Below are positions 1 to 11,350 of a DNA stretch of 64,000 nt, piece by piece. A program made the position numbers and the translations under genes. Source of the DNA: Nitrosopumilus sp. (GTDB taxonomy: Archaea; Thermoproteota; Nitrososphaeria; Nitrososphaerales; Nitrosopumilaceae); NCBI GenBank assembly GCA_965197525.1, contig OZ240211.1, positions 1,312,001 through 1,376,000 of the forward strand, in the 5' to 3' direction. The first letter of the stretch is position 1. Every line of letters starts with the position of its first letter. The notes beneath the pieces are model-generated. The model did not search any database. It saw only the letters and a program-made list of their open reading frames with translations, and was not told the origin of the DNA.

Positions 1-268
1 ATAGTGCGGCTATCTCCTTTTTGTTGATTTTAAGTAAATCTCGTAGTGGTTGGGCAATATCAATATCGTGCATTTTAGCGACCCGATCTGCTAAATCATA
101 CACTATCTTGGTTTCTACGATATTTGAAGAATCTGCATTGGTTGATTTTGCTTCTTGAGCAAGTTCAAAGATACGAGTTGTCTCATTTGCAAGTTCGTTG
201 TAATAGTTATGATAGTAGTCGGGCATTGGAATGTTGGCGGTGCGAAAAGAGTTATTATCTTCAAGCAT
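1..268 (-). CDS. polC: DNA polymerase D large subunit DP2, N-terminal 89 codons (runs off the window)
   Basis: Not in the ORF track. Manual translation from ATG at 268 gives MLEDNNSFRTANIPMPDYYHNYYNELANETTRIFELAQEAKSTNADSSNIVETKIVYDLADRVAKMHDIDIAQPLRDLLKINKKEIAAL, which matches the DP2 N-terminus (DLADRV motif) as I recall it for Nitrosopumilus. Confidence 0.85.
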   Translation of the reverse strand, partial: MLEDNNSFRTANIPMPDYYHNYYNELANETTRIFELAQEAKSTNADSSNIVETKIVYDLADRVAKMHDIDIAQPLRDLLKINKKEIAAL

Positions 269-272
269 GATA

Positions 273-1052
273 CTATGTCTTTGCTCTTTGAATCGCCGTT
301 GTTATGTCTTGAAGTTTTTCGAGGTTTCCGCCCTTTTCAAGGAACGTGCCAATAACTAGGGCGTCGGCGCCAGCTTTGACTAAATTCTCAGCAGTTTCAA
401 CGTCCTTGATTCCGCCTCCCACAATTAAAAATCCATTAAATGTATGTCTAACGGTTTTTACCATTTCAGGTGTAACGTTGGTTTTCGCACCAGAGCCAGC
501 TTCCAAGTATACAAAACGCATACCTAAAAACTGAGCTGCTAGTGCATATGCTGCAGCAATCTTTGGCTTGTCAAATGGAATTCCACGCGCTGATCCAACA
601 AACCAAGCAGATGTTCCATCACCTATTACCAAATACGCCGTTGGAAGTGGCTCTAACCCAAACTGAGAAACACTTGGTGCTGCTAAAGCTTGTGCTTGTG
701 TAATAAAATATGGGTTTTCTGAATTCAAAAGCGAGCTAAATAAAATTGCGTCAGCACCGGGTGCAACACCTGTAGTATTGCCCGGAAATAGTATTACAGG
801 AATGTTAAGATTGTTCTTAATTCCTTTTACTATTTCTGCCATCTCAATTTGGTTAGTTGCAGATGAACCGCCCACTAAAATTGCAGAGGCGCCTATCTTT
901 TCAACGTCTTGGGCAAGTTTACTTGACACCTCTAAATTTGAAACTTCTGAGTCAATTAATACAAATAATAATGCATTCTTTGTTTTTAATTCTGATTTGA
1001 GATAGGTTTCGGTTTTTCCTTCGGTCATGATATAGGTTTGAAAGTATCTCAT
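273..1052 (-). CDS. Geranylgeranylglyceryl phosphate synthase (likely start 1028)
   Basis: Motifs LIDSE, ILVGGSS, ILFPG, YLEAGSGA, IVGGGIK, ADALVIGT of the GGGP/HepGP synthase TIM barrel. Confidence 0.93.
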   Translation of the reverse strand: MRYFQTYIMTEGKTETYLKSELKTKNALLFVLIDSEVSNLEVSSKLAQDVEKIGASAILVGGSSATNQIEMAEIVKGIKNNLNIPVILFPGNTTGVAPGADAILFSSLLNSENPYFITQAQALAAPSVSQFGLEPLPTAYLVIGDGTSAWFVGSARGIPFDKPKIAAAYALAAQFLGMRFVYLEAGSGAKTNVTPEMVKTVRHTFNGFLIVGGGIKDVETAENLVKAGADALVIGTFLEKGGNLEKLQDITTAIQRAKT

Positions 1053-1062
1053 TAAAGTTTAA

Positions 1063-1455
1063 TTGGAATATAATATACAGATCTGTATAGCTATGGACAA
1101 GTTAGAAAAATCTAATTTTAATAATATTATACGTAAAATTATCAAAAAATCATTGTTTACAGAGAGACAAATTGAAATTATTTTAAATCAACGAGGTCTT
1201 CTCCAATCGGACTTTTTCATTACTAAGGGTGCGTATTATAGGCAAGTTAGGCAGTCAAAAGACAAACTTATGAGTCTGTTCTATACTATTGTGCTTTTTC
1301 GGGGTTTGGGCATACTTTTACCAGATGATATTGATGTGATATCAAAACTCTCTGAACAGGTAGATGTGATTAATCAGAGTGATATTGATCCTACTAAAGA
1401 AGATGATGTGATTAATTTGATTGATAGGCTCATTAATCAAGCGTGTAATCTATAA
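1063..1455 (+). CDS. Conserved hypothetical protein, possible HTH (SLFTERQIEII)
   Basis: Clean 130-aa ORF divergent from GGGPS; LuxR/sigma-like TERQ motif. Confidence 0.6.
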   Translation: MEYNIQICIAMDKLEKSNFNNIIRKIIKKSLFTERQIEIILNQRGLLQSDFFITKGAYYRQVRQSKDKLMSLFYTIVLFRGLGILLPDDIDVISKLSEQVDVINQSDIDPTKEDDVINLIDRLINQACNL

Positions 1456-1573
1456 TCGCTGTGATTGTGGTGTAATATTATAAAATTTATTGTGATATAT
1501 GGGTGAGTTTCTTAAGCTAAGTGTAAAATAATGTTGCTTAGTTACAATAAATCACGATAGATCTGTAAAAATA

Positions 1574-2185
1574 GTGATGTTAGTAGAGATTCCAGACACC
1601 GTTGTGATTATAGGTGTGATTATAGCATTTGTTGTGGGCGTGGTTGGTGTGTATGCTTATCATAGAATATCGCAGGCAACAAAGCCAAACAGTGATGTTT
1701 TGGATGCAGGCCAGAATGGGAGGCTGGAGTATTATGAAAGGCAGTTAATAGATATAAAAATACGCCTAGATGCCATGGAAATGCAGGATACAGAGCATGA
1801 GGCGGCGGATAAGGATGTGAATTTGAGGCATTTTATAGAAGAATTAGTAAAAAACAAAGAGTTGGAGGATGGTGGCGATAAAACAGGTAGTGCCAAAACG
1901 GAGCCTAAAAAAATAGTTGCTGAACCTAATATCGAACGGCTAAATACAATGGATTATGTGTTGCATTTAATCACACAACATGATATGACATCACGTGATA
2001 TAAAAATCACGTTAAATAAGAGTAGAGAGCATACTGCAAGGTTGATGAAGGAGTTGTTTGAGGAAGGTTATGTAGAACGTCGTGCAGGAACCAAACCGTT
2101 TGTCTATTCAATCACGGAAAAGGGTAAAGAAAGAGTAAAGCAGCAAAGAAAAATTAATTCATCAACAGCACAGAAAGATGTATGA
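1574..2185 (+). CDS. Membrane-anchored winged-helix protein (N-terminal TM, coiled coil, C-terminal MarR-like wHTH)
   Basis: Hydrophobic residues about 10-30; C-terminal MTSRDIKITLNKSREHTARLMKELFEEGYVER...YSITEKG. Confidence 0.75.
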   Translation: MMLVEIPDTVVIIGVIIAFVVGVVGVYAYHRISQATKPNSDVLDAGQNGRLEYYERQLIDIKIRLDAMEMQDTEHEAADKDVNLRHFIEELVKNKELEDGGDKTGSAKTEPKKIVAEPNIERLNTMDYVLHLITQHDMTSRDIKITLNKSREHTARLMKELFEEGYVERRAGTKPFVYSITEKGKERVKQQRKINSSTAQKDV

Positions 2186-3028
2186 GTAATCTTCCTGCTT
2201 TAACCGGATATATACTACCAACATGTTTGGATAAAGAAAACATTGTCGAATAAATTTGTAAGAGTTGTGTGGAGATATAATAAATGTGTGTTTGTTCTTT
2301 GTAAGTAATAGAATTATGCTTAATTGTTCATGAATTTAAAGTTATAATTGGAGCATTGTGTGTTTGATAAATTCTATTTAATAATATAAGGATATAATTT
2401 TGAGATATGGCAGTTTTGAATAATATGTAGTTATTAATTATTTGGTGAGTATTAAGCGATTATGTGGATGTAATTAATAAAAAATTTGTTTGTGTGTAAT
2501 TGTATAAAATTGAAGTTGTTGGAAACTGGTTCCTATAAGATATGTAGTTTTAGATATCAAAAAATATAGATGTCTTTTCTTTGTTTGCTCATTGATCTAA
2601 GAGGTCCTATAACTAGTTGAAGGCGTGTGTTTTTGATGGTTTGTCTGTCATAAAAAATCAATGGTGATATATCTAGTGATGGTTTTTGTGGTTGGTAGAA
2701 TGGTGTAGTTTATTATAATAATTTTAGTGCTGTACAATGTCTTGCATCCAGCACATGAACTTGCCGCATCCGCCGATGCGGTTTTGGTACGTGTTTACGT
2801 CGTGCCTAGAAAAATAATCAATGCCGCCAAAGCATGCTAAATTTGTGCCTAAATCGGAGGATTTTCCCAAACTGCGTGAACAGATACCAAAAATAATCTT
2901 GGAGGGTTTGCAACAGACTGCCTGAAGGCGTCCAGATCAGACGGCATGATACTGTCCTTATGAAAACCTCAGGAACTCTGATGACTTCGTGGAGGTTAAA
3001 TGTAATGTAAATCTAGCCAACACAACAC

Positions 3029-3691
3029 ATGATCCCTGAAATTCATGATGCCAACCCAAAGACATGGCTAACTCCGTTCCGCAGCAACAGTATATTTTAC
3101 ATCTTCAAGATGGGTCTGTTCTACCATGGATTGGGCCTGCTTTTGTGGTATGCGGGATCTTTTTTTGCCACAAGCGCCATTCCAGGCTACGAGGCACCCC
3201 ATTTTCCAGTGTCCGTATCCCTTGCGCTAAGCTCTGGGTTGCTGGAAGAGGCGGTGTTTTTTGGAATTCCATACTACATGCTGGCCGGCAACCCACTTCT
3301 GCTTCTAGGTTCAGGGGCAATCTGGTCGGTGTTGCACCTGTACGGTTCCGGAGCACTCTCAATTGAATCGCTGTCCTACGGCGGATTCTTTTTTGCAGTT
3401 CCGCATGTGTTTTTCAGCATAAGAACGTGGATAAGCCGCAAGGGGTGGTTTGCAATTTTGTTTCACTCCGCATGGAACACCGCGTTTCTGATGTCCTACT
3501 GTGCGTGGGGATTTCGCCAGTGCGGCGCGTTTAACAGCGTGATGGATGTCGCAAACGTGGTTGTGGCGGTGTCGGTAGGTGTCATCCTGTATATTACACA
3601 CAAAAATAAAGAGAGGAGAATCAACAGGTTTTTCTATCTTGTGCCTGTAGTAGTTATAATAGCCACCATAGCATATACATTTTCGATATAA
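3029..3691 (+). CDS. CPBP/Abi (CAAX protease-like) intramembrane glutamic endopeptidase
   Basis: Multi-TM protein with LLEEAVF, WSVLH and FHSAWN motifs (EE, H, HxxxN). Confidence 0.8.
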   Translation: MIPEIHDANPKTWLTPFRSNSIFYIFKMGLFYHGLGLLLWYAGSFFATSAIPGYEAPHFPVSVSLALSSGLLEEAVFFGIPYYMLAGNPLLLLGSGAIWSVLHLYGSGALSIESLSYGGFFFAVPHVFFSIRTWISRKGWFAILFHSAWNTAFLMSYCAWGFRQCGAFNSVMDVANVVVAVSVGVILYITHKNKERRINRFFYLVPVVVIIATIAYTFSI

Positions 3692-3692
3692 G

Positions 3693-4364
<672 letters not shown>

Positions 4365-4419
4365 ACTACACGTATTTGATAATAATGAATATATTTATTT
4401 TTATAGATATATTAGTTGT

Positions 4420-5580
4420 ATGAGATGTGTTGTCCTTGTAATGTTTGTTTGTATGTCAATGAGCGTGCCATTTGCAACTGCAGCACAGCTTAATGCTGTA
4501 GTGCTGGCGGACGGGGACGTGATAAGACCGTCATTTCAATTTTTAAAGATAGTATATATCCAGTATCCTGACGGCGGAGAGATCTCAGAAATGCTGCAAG
4601 ATGTAGAGCGCGCCCTATCGTTTACAACGGATAGTAGTTTGGATGCAGATAGTAGGGTTGTAGAGCAGATAAACCAGAATCTAAAGAATGTGTCAAGCAA
4701 CGCAGTTGCCACCGGCGTAGCAATCAGCTACCAAAGCACGCTGCATGGAAATGAGAAATATGCGGTAATAGAGTACAAGATAAACGTAGAGCCTGTCATT
4801 ACGGATTACGTTGTTGCAAGATCCTTTGAAAAAAGCACAGTTGATGCGAACTGGCGTGGAATTTCAATTGATGGGCCGGTCATCATTCAGACGGCCTACG
4901 GGCCGTTTAATGTGAACAGCCCAAAAGCGGCCCTTGATGTGATGGTGCCCGAAGTTTCAGAGAGGCTCGGGAATGTGGCGATGTTGGAACTGCCCATAAT
5001 TGATGCCGGTGGAATATTGGAACTGCCGTTGAAGGAGTGGCATTCGCTGTTTGATAATACGGCAATAATTTCAGATGCTAAAGCATACAACTATACTGGA
5101 AAGTATGTTGTCACGCATTACACAATGGGTACATGCGACATATTCCGCGGACTGTGTGGTGCGGACAACCAGGATGTTGTTGAGGAGGTCAGTCTTGATA
5201 AGACATACACCATAAAGACGGTCAGGTCAGATGATGATGCAAGTATTGCATTTGAGGGGTATGTAAATACTGCAAGGGATGCGCGGGGTCAGGAGGTATT
5301 TCACACAAGCTTAAGATCACTTGTCGAGCAGGAACCTGATACCGGCGAATTTCCTGCAATCATAATGTACGGAATGGCTGGAATGGCTGTTGTTGGAGGA
5401 GTGCTGTTGTTTGCAATAAGCAGTCGAAAACTAAAAAACGACAGTCTTAACGGTGGCCAGACAGGGATTGACCCGACACATCTTGCGTCGTGTGAGAGCA
5501 ACAGTTCTGCTGCAAGCTACAAGACAAACAGGGGGGAATCCCATCTGATAACGTACAGGGGATCAAAGATGCCGATCTAA
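4420..5580 (+). CDS. Secreted, C-terminally membrane-anchored hypothetical protein (ORF track start 4348)
   Basis: Signal peptide MRCVVLVMFVCMSMSVPFATAA; C-terminal TM IIMYGMAGMAVVGGVLLFAI followed by a GQTGIDP...TNRGE tail. Confidence 0.7.
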   Translation: MRCVVLVMFVCMSMSVPFATAAQLNAVVLADGDVIRPSFQFLKIVYIQYPDGGEISEMLQDVERALSFTTDSSLDADSRVVEQINQNLKNVSSNAVATGVAISYQSTLHGNEKYAVIEYKINVEPVITDYVVARSFEKSTVDANWRGISIDGPVIIQTAYGPFNVNSPKAALDVMVPEVSERLGNVAMLELPIIDAGGILELPLKEWHSLFDNTAIISDAKAYNYTGKYVVTHYTMGTCDIFRGLCGADNQDVVEEVSLDKTYTIKTVRSDDDASIAFEGYVNTARDARGQEVFHTSLRSLVEQEPDTGEFPAIIMYGMAGMAVVGGVLLFAISSRKLKNDSLNGGQTGIDPTHLASCESNSSAASYKTNRGESHLITYRGSKMPI

Positions 5581-5765
5581 GGAACTGCTGATTGGTAGAA
5601 CGTGTTTGTATAAGACGGTAGAGCTTTTTAAAATGTGTGCGGTGCTCGTCAAGACGGTGTTTTTCTAAAGACGATATGTAATGGTTTGAAAACACCGTTG
5701 GTTTTAAGATCCTGTTAGACTCGCGTCAGACTAGGCGATCCGATAGAATGAGGTGTGGGGATTAT

Positions 5766-6167
5766 TTAGGATGGTTTGTGTTGTTGGTGTTTTGGTTCTA
5801 ATGGTATGGTTTGATACATCCATTCACGGCCTGCTCTAGCTCTACGTGTTCTGCCTTTGGTTGAAAATCGTGACAAATAAGTCGATATTACGCTTAGTTT
5901 TACAGGTTCGTTGTACTCGTCTTCATATTTTTCTAAAATATTAGTAGAGGTAAATTTGCCTAATGGATAGAATTTGTCAACAATATGCCATATTTTAGCA
6001 CCAAGAGAGTCTAAATTTGTAAATTCTTGAGGGTTCTCAATATCTACTAAATCCATCACTTCAAATAATTTTAGAACCTTATCCCGAGTAACATTTCCAT
6101 TTAATTTAATATCATAACTGGCACCAGTTGAGTCTTCAATATTTATTCTAATTTGTTTTTTGGTCAT
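5766..6167 (-). CDS. Conserved hypothetical protein next to oriC (probable wHTH)
   Basis: 133-aa ORF divergent from cdc6; LSVISTYLSRF...GREWMY winged-helix-like C-terminus. Confidence 0.65.
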   Translation of the reverse strand: MTKKQIRINIEDSTGASYDIKLNGNVTRDKVLKLFEVMDLVDIENPQEFTNLDSLGAKIWHIVDKFYPLGKFTSTNILEKYEDEYNEPVKLSVISTYLSRFSTKGRTRRARAGREWMYQTIPLEPKHQQHKPS

Positions 6168-6638
6168 TATTAGGATTTATACTAGCAAACATTAACAATT
6201 CAAAGCTTCATAAAATATTTGTTAACTAATTGAATTGTTAAGTTTGACTGTATGGGTTGTGCGTAGGTAGTTTTTTAATATTAACAATAATTTTATTAAA
6301 ATAAAGGAGTTTTATGGGTGGTTATGCCTAGAGTGGAAATGAAGGGGTTGAAATGGTATGGTTAACAGTGTTAATAATGGTTTTTATGCCTAGAGTGGAA
6401 ATGAAGGGGTTGAAATGTGGTTTTTCTTCAATATCTTAACAAGATAATAACAATTTGTTAATGAATTGGTGTTGGAACCCACACACCAGTATTTCCACTC
6501 TTATTTTCTTTATTTTTTTTGAGAAAATTAATTTATATAAAAATAATTAATTACAAACTAAATTACAATTGTTACTTTACTCTTTACTTTATTATTTCAA
6601 CTATAATATACTAATAATGAAATCTAATGGAAATATAG
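6168..6638. promoter_or_regulatory. Chromosomal replication origin oriC with ORB elements
   Basis: Two identical 34-bp repeats TTATGCCTAGAGTGGAAATGAAGGGGTTGAAATG (6322-6355, 6384-6417) with ORB core and G-string; inverted mini-ORB ATTTCCACTC at 6491-6500; AT-rich 6500-6630; directly upstream of cdc6. Confidence 0.9.
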
Positions 6639-7850
6639 GTGTGTGGGATGTCTGACCCAATAGATAGGTTACTTGATGCAGCTGAATCTGGGAAACTAAT
6701 TATAAAAAATCGTGAAACCCTTCAATTTACATACATACCAACAACAATCTTACATAGGGATACGGAACAAGAAAAAATAACACAATCCCTCTTACCAATT
6801 TTAAAACAATCACGACCATCAAACCTTCTTGTATATGGTAAACCTGGAACTGGAAAAACTTTAGTGGTAAAAAAAATCCTTTTTAAAATTCAAGAACGGG
6901 TAGAAAAATCCAAGTTCCCAATTAAACTCATCTATTCTAATTCAAAAGACGAAACAACATTATATGGATTATTAGTTAGTATAGGTCGGCAACTTGATTT
7001 AAACGAAAAAACCTTACCATCAACAGGTCTAGCAACAAGTGAAGTCTTTAAGAGACTGCTAAATAGAATAACTGCTGATAACCTTAATGTGATTTTAGTA
7101 ATTGATGAAATTGATTATCTTACACAACTAGTAATTAAAACTGGCAGAGATATTTTATATCAACTTACACGCGCAAATGAGAGATTGCAACAGGGCTCGC
7201 TAACAATAGTTGGTATTTCAAACGATTTAACATTTAAAGAAAAATTAGATCCAAGAGTAATTAGTAGTTTAGGCGAGGAAGAGATTGTATTTACAAACTA
7301 TAATGTAGAACAGATTAGAAAAATTCTTGAAGAAAGAGTTAATGAATCTTTTATAGAGAACGCAGTTGATGATGCAGCTTTAAACCTCTGTGCTGCTCTT
7401 GCAGGAGCAGAACACGGTGACGCACGCAGAGCAATTGACCTAATCCGTGTAGCCGGAGAGATCGCAGAACGCCAACAATCAAACCACGTTACAGCCATCC
7501 ACATACGAGAAGCAACTCAAAAAATAGAAGAAAACAAAGAAGAGATCACGTTACGATCGTATACCCTACAAGAAAAACTAGTTCTTCTCGCTATTATGAA
7601 AGCAAACGGATCATCTACTGGTGAGGTTTACATTTCTTACAAAAACCTCTGTAAAACAGTCAATCAAGACGCATTAACCCAGAGACGCGTTACACAAATA
7701 CTCAATGAAATTGAATTATCTGGGCTGATCACCGGACGAGTCGTTCATCAGGGCATCCATGGAAGAACAAAGAAATACAAATCCACAATCTCTTCTGAAA
7801 TAATTAAAAAAACATTTCATGACGATTTAGTTTTACAAGACATTATCTGA
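6639..7850 (+). CDS. cdc6: Orc1/Cdc6 replication initiator (likely start 6648)
   Basis: Walker A GKPGTGKT, Walker B VIDEID, GDARRAIDL, C-terminal wHTH. Confidence 0.97.
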   Translation: MCGMSDPIDRLLDAAESGKLIIKNRETLQFTYIPTTILHRDTEQEKITQSLLPILKQSRPSNLLVYGKPGTGKTLVVKKILFKIQERVEKSKFPIKLIYSNSKDETTLYGLLVSIGRQLDLNEKTLPSTGLATSEVFKRLLNRITADNLNVILVIDEIDYLTQLVIKTGRDILYQLTRANERLQQGSLTIVGISNDLTFKEKLDPRVISSLGEEEIVFTNYNVEQIRKILEERVNESFIENAVDDAALNLCAALAGAEHGDARRAIDLIRVAGEIAERQQSNHVTAIHIREATQKIEENKEEITLRSYTLQEKLVLLAIMKANGSSTGEVYISYKNLCKTVNQDALTQRRVTQILNEIELSGLITGRVVHQGIHGRTKKYKSTISSEIIKKTFHDDLVLQDII

Positions 7851-9284
7851 TGTCATATTGTAATTTTGATAGACAGGTTTGCCAGTTTTCAAATTCACCA
7901 TAATTGCAATACCCGGATTTGGAATCATTCCAACACTTGCTTGGAAAGGCGTTTGTTTTTGCCACGAACCTGAATTTATTAATAAAACCCCCCTGTAATT
8001 TGCTATTTGTGCTCTATGAACGTGACCTACATGAAAAATATCTGGAACGTCTTCAATTACCAATAAATCCTCACTTTCAGGCGCAGTTGGTGTTCGACTA
8101 CCATAAATCGGGTTGAGATGTCTTGCTTTTAGCAGATGTTTCATTACATCGGCTGGTTTGTCATAACTTAACCCCGGGGTTGTCTTTACAATGTCATCAA
8201 TACTCTGACCGTGAAACATTGTTACTTTAACACCATTCAAGGAGACAACTGCAGGATTACCTACCATAAAGACATTATCCCGTTCCCACAAACCAGAGTT
8301 GTATTTTTTTGGTATGGCAGGCTGTGGTAGCGCTCGTCTTCCAGGATCGTGATTTCCAGGCATTATAACAATCTGTATGTTTCTAGGAACCTTGTTGATT
8401 AACTCCTCTGCTTTTTGTAACTGTTGTTCTATTGTTTGACAGACCAGCTCCTTATCTTGGTTAGGATATATCCCAACCCCATCTACTAAATCTCCTGCTA
8501 TTAGGATAAAGCGAACTTTTCTTGCAATTGGATCTGGACTAGACATCCACAAAACAAATCGTAGGAACTCCTCCTCCATAAAATACTTACTTCCTATATG
8601 TAAATCAGAAAGAAACACCGCATATACCTCCGACCCCGATCTGTTCTTCTCCTCTTGTGGTACGTCTGGAAAGATTATATCATTAATAACAAAAGCTAGT
8701 TTTTTACCCAACGTTGTTTTTATTATTACAAACTGATCAACTAAGAGCGTACCTGCAACCTTTTGCAACTCTGAATCAAAGACGACGCCTTCAAACACGC
8801 CTGTTGAATCCTCTATCTCCACCTTTGTAACACTTCTTTCGGCCTCTCTCTTATTAACAAGCCCACATACATACATACTATCATTCGACTTTGTACTTTT
8901 TACTGATGCAATTGTTTTAATCATCTTAGATTCCGGTCTCTCCAACACAATTTGCCTTAGTTTATGAAAACGGTTAGCAAACAACGCATTATATCCATCA
9001 ACCCCTTCTCCAGTAGCTATCTTATTAGTGGGTTCTGATACCACCCTCACTTCATTTTCTAATGTTAGATCTTCTTTTATCCCAAGATACGTCTCTAAGT
9101 CATCTTGATCAATTTGAAATATTTTCTGCTTGGTCTTTTTCATCACTAAATCTTTTATGATCTTCTCTGACGCTTTTATCTCTAAACTTCCTAACAACTC
9201 TAAAGCCCTTGGATTAATTTGAACACCTTTCTTTAACGCATAGTTTAGTACAGGGATCATCTCTTTTTTCATACTCATAAACAC
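7833..9284 (-). CDS. polB: DNA polymerase D small subunit DP1 (proofreading exonuclease)
   Basis: OB fold plus phosphoesterase motifs SDLHIGS, GDLVDG, PGNHD, FHG, GHVH. Confidence 0.95.
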   Translation of the reverse strand: MFMSMKKEMIPVLNYALKKGVQINPRALELLGSLEIKASEKIIKDLVMKKTKQKIFQIDQDDLETYLGIKEDLTLENEVRVVSEPTNKIATGEGVDGYNALFANRFHKLRQIVLERPESKMIKTIASVKSTKSNDSMYVCGLVNKREAERSVTKVEIEDSTGVFEGVVFDSELQKVAGTLLVDQFVIIKTTLGKKLAFVINDIIFPDVPQEEKNRSGSEVYAVFLSDLHIGSKYFMEEEFLRFVLWMSSPDPIARKVRFILIAGDLVDGVGIYPNQDKELVCQTIEQQLQKAEELINKVPRNIQIVIMPGNHDPGRRALPQPAIPKKYNSGLWERDNVFMVGNPAVVSLNGVKVTMFHGQSIDDIVKTTPGLSYDKPADVMKHLLKARHLNPIYGSRTPTAPESEDLLVIEDVPDIFHVGHVHRAQIANYRGVLLINSGSWQKQTPFQASVGMIPNPGIAIMVNLKTGKPVYQNYNMTSDNVL

Positions 9285-9325
9285 GGTTTGGTTTAATTAA
9301 ATCTGCTTACAACAACTCTCAAATA

Positions 9326-9871
9326 TTGTCAAATATCAACTGCAATGTGAATAAATCAAGAATAATAATATTTTTTATATTTATGTGGCTATTTGCAGCA
9401 ATCTTTCAACTCGGATCCATGTCCTCCGTTAGCGACGAAGACGCAATGATCTTTATGGAAGAATTCGAAGAGCTCGTTCTTAACATTGATGCATTTGGAA
9501 TATTTTTACATAATACAACTATTGCACTACCAATGTTTATTCCCGGAGCTGGCGTTGCTTGGGGTCTTTTTTCTGCTTGGTCCACAGGATTTGCTTTTGC
9601 AGCAATTGTTACTACAACGCCTGAACTGTCACACATTCAACCACTAACAATTATCTTCTTATCACCGTTCGGATTAATGGAGATCGTTTCATACTCTTTG
9701 GGCATTTCTAGAAGTTTTATCTTAATTAGGGCGATTGGTAAAAAAATGGATTTAATACCTTTCATCAAGCCAACATTGATTGAAATCGGGATTGTTGTAG
9801 GTCTTCTCTTAGCTGGCGGGTATCTAGAATTTTACATGTTAGAACTAGCTCGAGACGCCACACCAATCTAA
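9326..9871 (+). CDS. SpoIIM-family (DUF95) membrane protein
   Basis: IFLHN, P.GLMEI and LLLAGGYLE motifs; multi-TM. Confidence 0.8.
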   Translation: MSNINCNVNKSRIIIFFIFMWLFAAIFQLGSMSSVSDEDAMIFMEEFEELVLNIDAFGIFLHNTTIALPMFIPGAGVAWGLFSAWSTGFAFAAIVTTTPELSHIQPLTIIFLSPFGLMEIVSYSLGISRSFILIRAIGKKMDLIPFIKPTLIEIGIVVGLLLAGGYLEFYMLELARDATPI

Positions 9872-9920
9872 TTAACTAAATATTCCATCTATTGGCCGAT
9901 CAAGTATAACCTTTATGCAG

Positions 9921-10637
9921 CTAGACTTCCCACTGCCATCTGTAATTTATATACGAGTCTAACTTGTTTTGGTGAAACACCATTACCGACATGTCAGAGA
10001 ATTCTTTATCTTCCAACTCTTTTACCATACCCATAAACTGTGTTTCATTTTTTGTTGTTACCGCCTCAAACACGTGAACTTTCATCTTGACAGTATCAAA
10101 CCCACGTTCTTTAAGGTACTTGGCAACCTCTGATGGCATAAAATGTTTGTCTGGTCGTTTTGGCCATGGTCTGGGAACTAATACCACATTATACCCATCA
10201 ATTATTGCTTTCTGTAATTCTAGTTTTTTATCTTCAATCGACGCAGTTACATGCATTGTGATTACTTTGGACTTGTCAAGTGGAACTTGTGCCTTTGCTG
10301 CAGCAACCTGAACCGAACTAATACCTGGAATAATTTCCACCCGTCCAAAAATCTCTGTCAGCCTGTCAACAACCTCCGACTCTGAAAAATTTACATCACC
10401 GGTAAATGGAACTACCAAGATTTTCTCATCCGTTCCCAAGAGAATTTTTTGATAAGTTTCCTCCTGATCGCTCATTGTAATCTCATGAATCTCTTTCCCT
10501 TTCGTCCACTCCTCTATCGTACTCAAGGTGTATTTATAACCAATAACAATATCGCAACTCTGAATAATCTCCTTTACAACCCCCGTTACATATTTTGGAG
10601 AACCAGGACCAACACCTACCGCAAAAACTTTTCTCAA
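9921..10637 (-). CDS. cbiE: Precorrin-6Y C5,15-methyltransferase subunit CbiE
   Basis: VGVGPGSP, TGDVNFS, IIPGISSVQVAAAK tetrapyrrole methylase motifs. Confidence 0.85.
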   Translation of the reverse strand: MRKVFAVGVGPGSPKYVTGVVKEIIQSCDIVIGYKYTLSTIEEWTKGKEIHEITMSDQEETYQKILLGTDEKILVVPFTGDVNFSESEVVDRLTEIFGRVEIIPGISSVQVAAAKAQVPLDKSKVITMHVTASIEDKKLELQKAIIDGYNVVLVPRPWPKRPDKHFMPSEVAKYLKERGFDTVKMKVHVFEAVTTKNETQFMGMVKELEDKEFSDMSVMVFHQNKLDSYINYRWQWEV

Positions 10638-10639
10638 TC

Positions 10640-11179
10640 TTATTTTACAAAACTTTGTCTGTCTTTAATATATTGCACAAAAGATGCCCAATCAACCTTC
10701 ATGTATTTTGTTGGCTCTTTTGCAGGATATTTTACCCAATCTTGAGCTATTGAGTATTGATGCTTCTCTTTTTGGCCATCCTTTTCATACTCAAGCTGTA
10801 ATGAACTGCCCCAATCCTTCTCCGTATAACCAATACTAGTAATATCATCAAAACCTAACTCAACATTTCGTTCATCCTCTAAATCATTCATAAGATCTTC
10901 TTCATTATACCCATCATGCCGAATCATCACATTTCTTGACCTTATGAAAGTAATCACCTGTCTCTGCGTGATTGCCTTCCACCAATTTATCTTTGACTCT
11001 GTCTTATGCACGAACATGAGGTGCTTATCTGTTAGTATCAACATACCTTCCCTTCCCCCGATTGACAGAAACTTTTTAGACTCTCTCCAAACCGAAACTA
11101 TATGAGCTTGGATCTTCTCATCAGATAGCACACTATTAATCCATTTGACTTTATTAAAAACTAATACGGTCTTATTCAA
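10640..11179 (-). CDS. Conserved hypothetical protein (PH-like fold possible)
   Basis: EGMLILTDKHLMF beta-rich motif; clean ORF co-oriented with cbiE. Confidence 0.6.
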   Translation of the reverse strand: MNKTVLVFNKVKWINSVLSDEKIQAHIVSVWRESKKFLSIGGREGMLILTDKHLMFVHKTESKINWWKAITQRQVITFIRSRNVMIRHDGYNEEDLMNDLEDERNVELGFDDITSIGYTEKDWGSSLQLEYEKDGQKEKHQYSIAQDWVKYPAKEPTKYMKVDWASFVQYIKDRQSFVK

Positions 11180-11350
11180 ATTTTATTTTTTATCTCTTGT
11201 AGATTCTTCCTTACAGGCAACACGTGCGCACACTCTGTTACCATATTTTATTTATTAAACAATACAAGATCGTGATCTCTTGACTTGTATAATTTTTAGT
11301 TTAAAATTTAGACAGCACTAAAATACAATTAGCTTTTAAAGAAGTGTTTA

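Noticed and set aside
2728-2960. Short Cys-containing frames upstream of the CPBP gene
   Set aside because: No start or no recognisable motif in any frame; possibly a remnant but unsupported.
6322-6417. 34-bp repeats as a mini CRISPR array
   Set aside because: Only two units, they match ORB consensus, they lie next to cdc6, and there are no cas genes.
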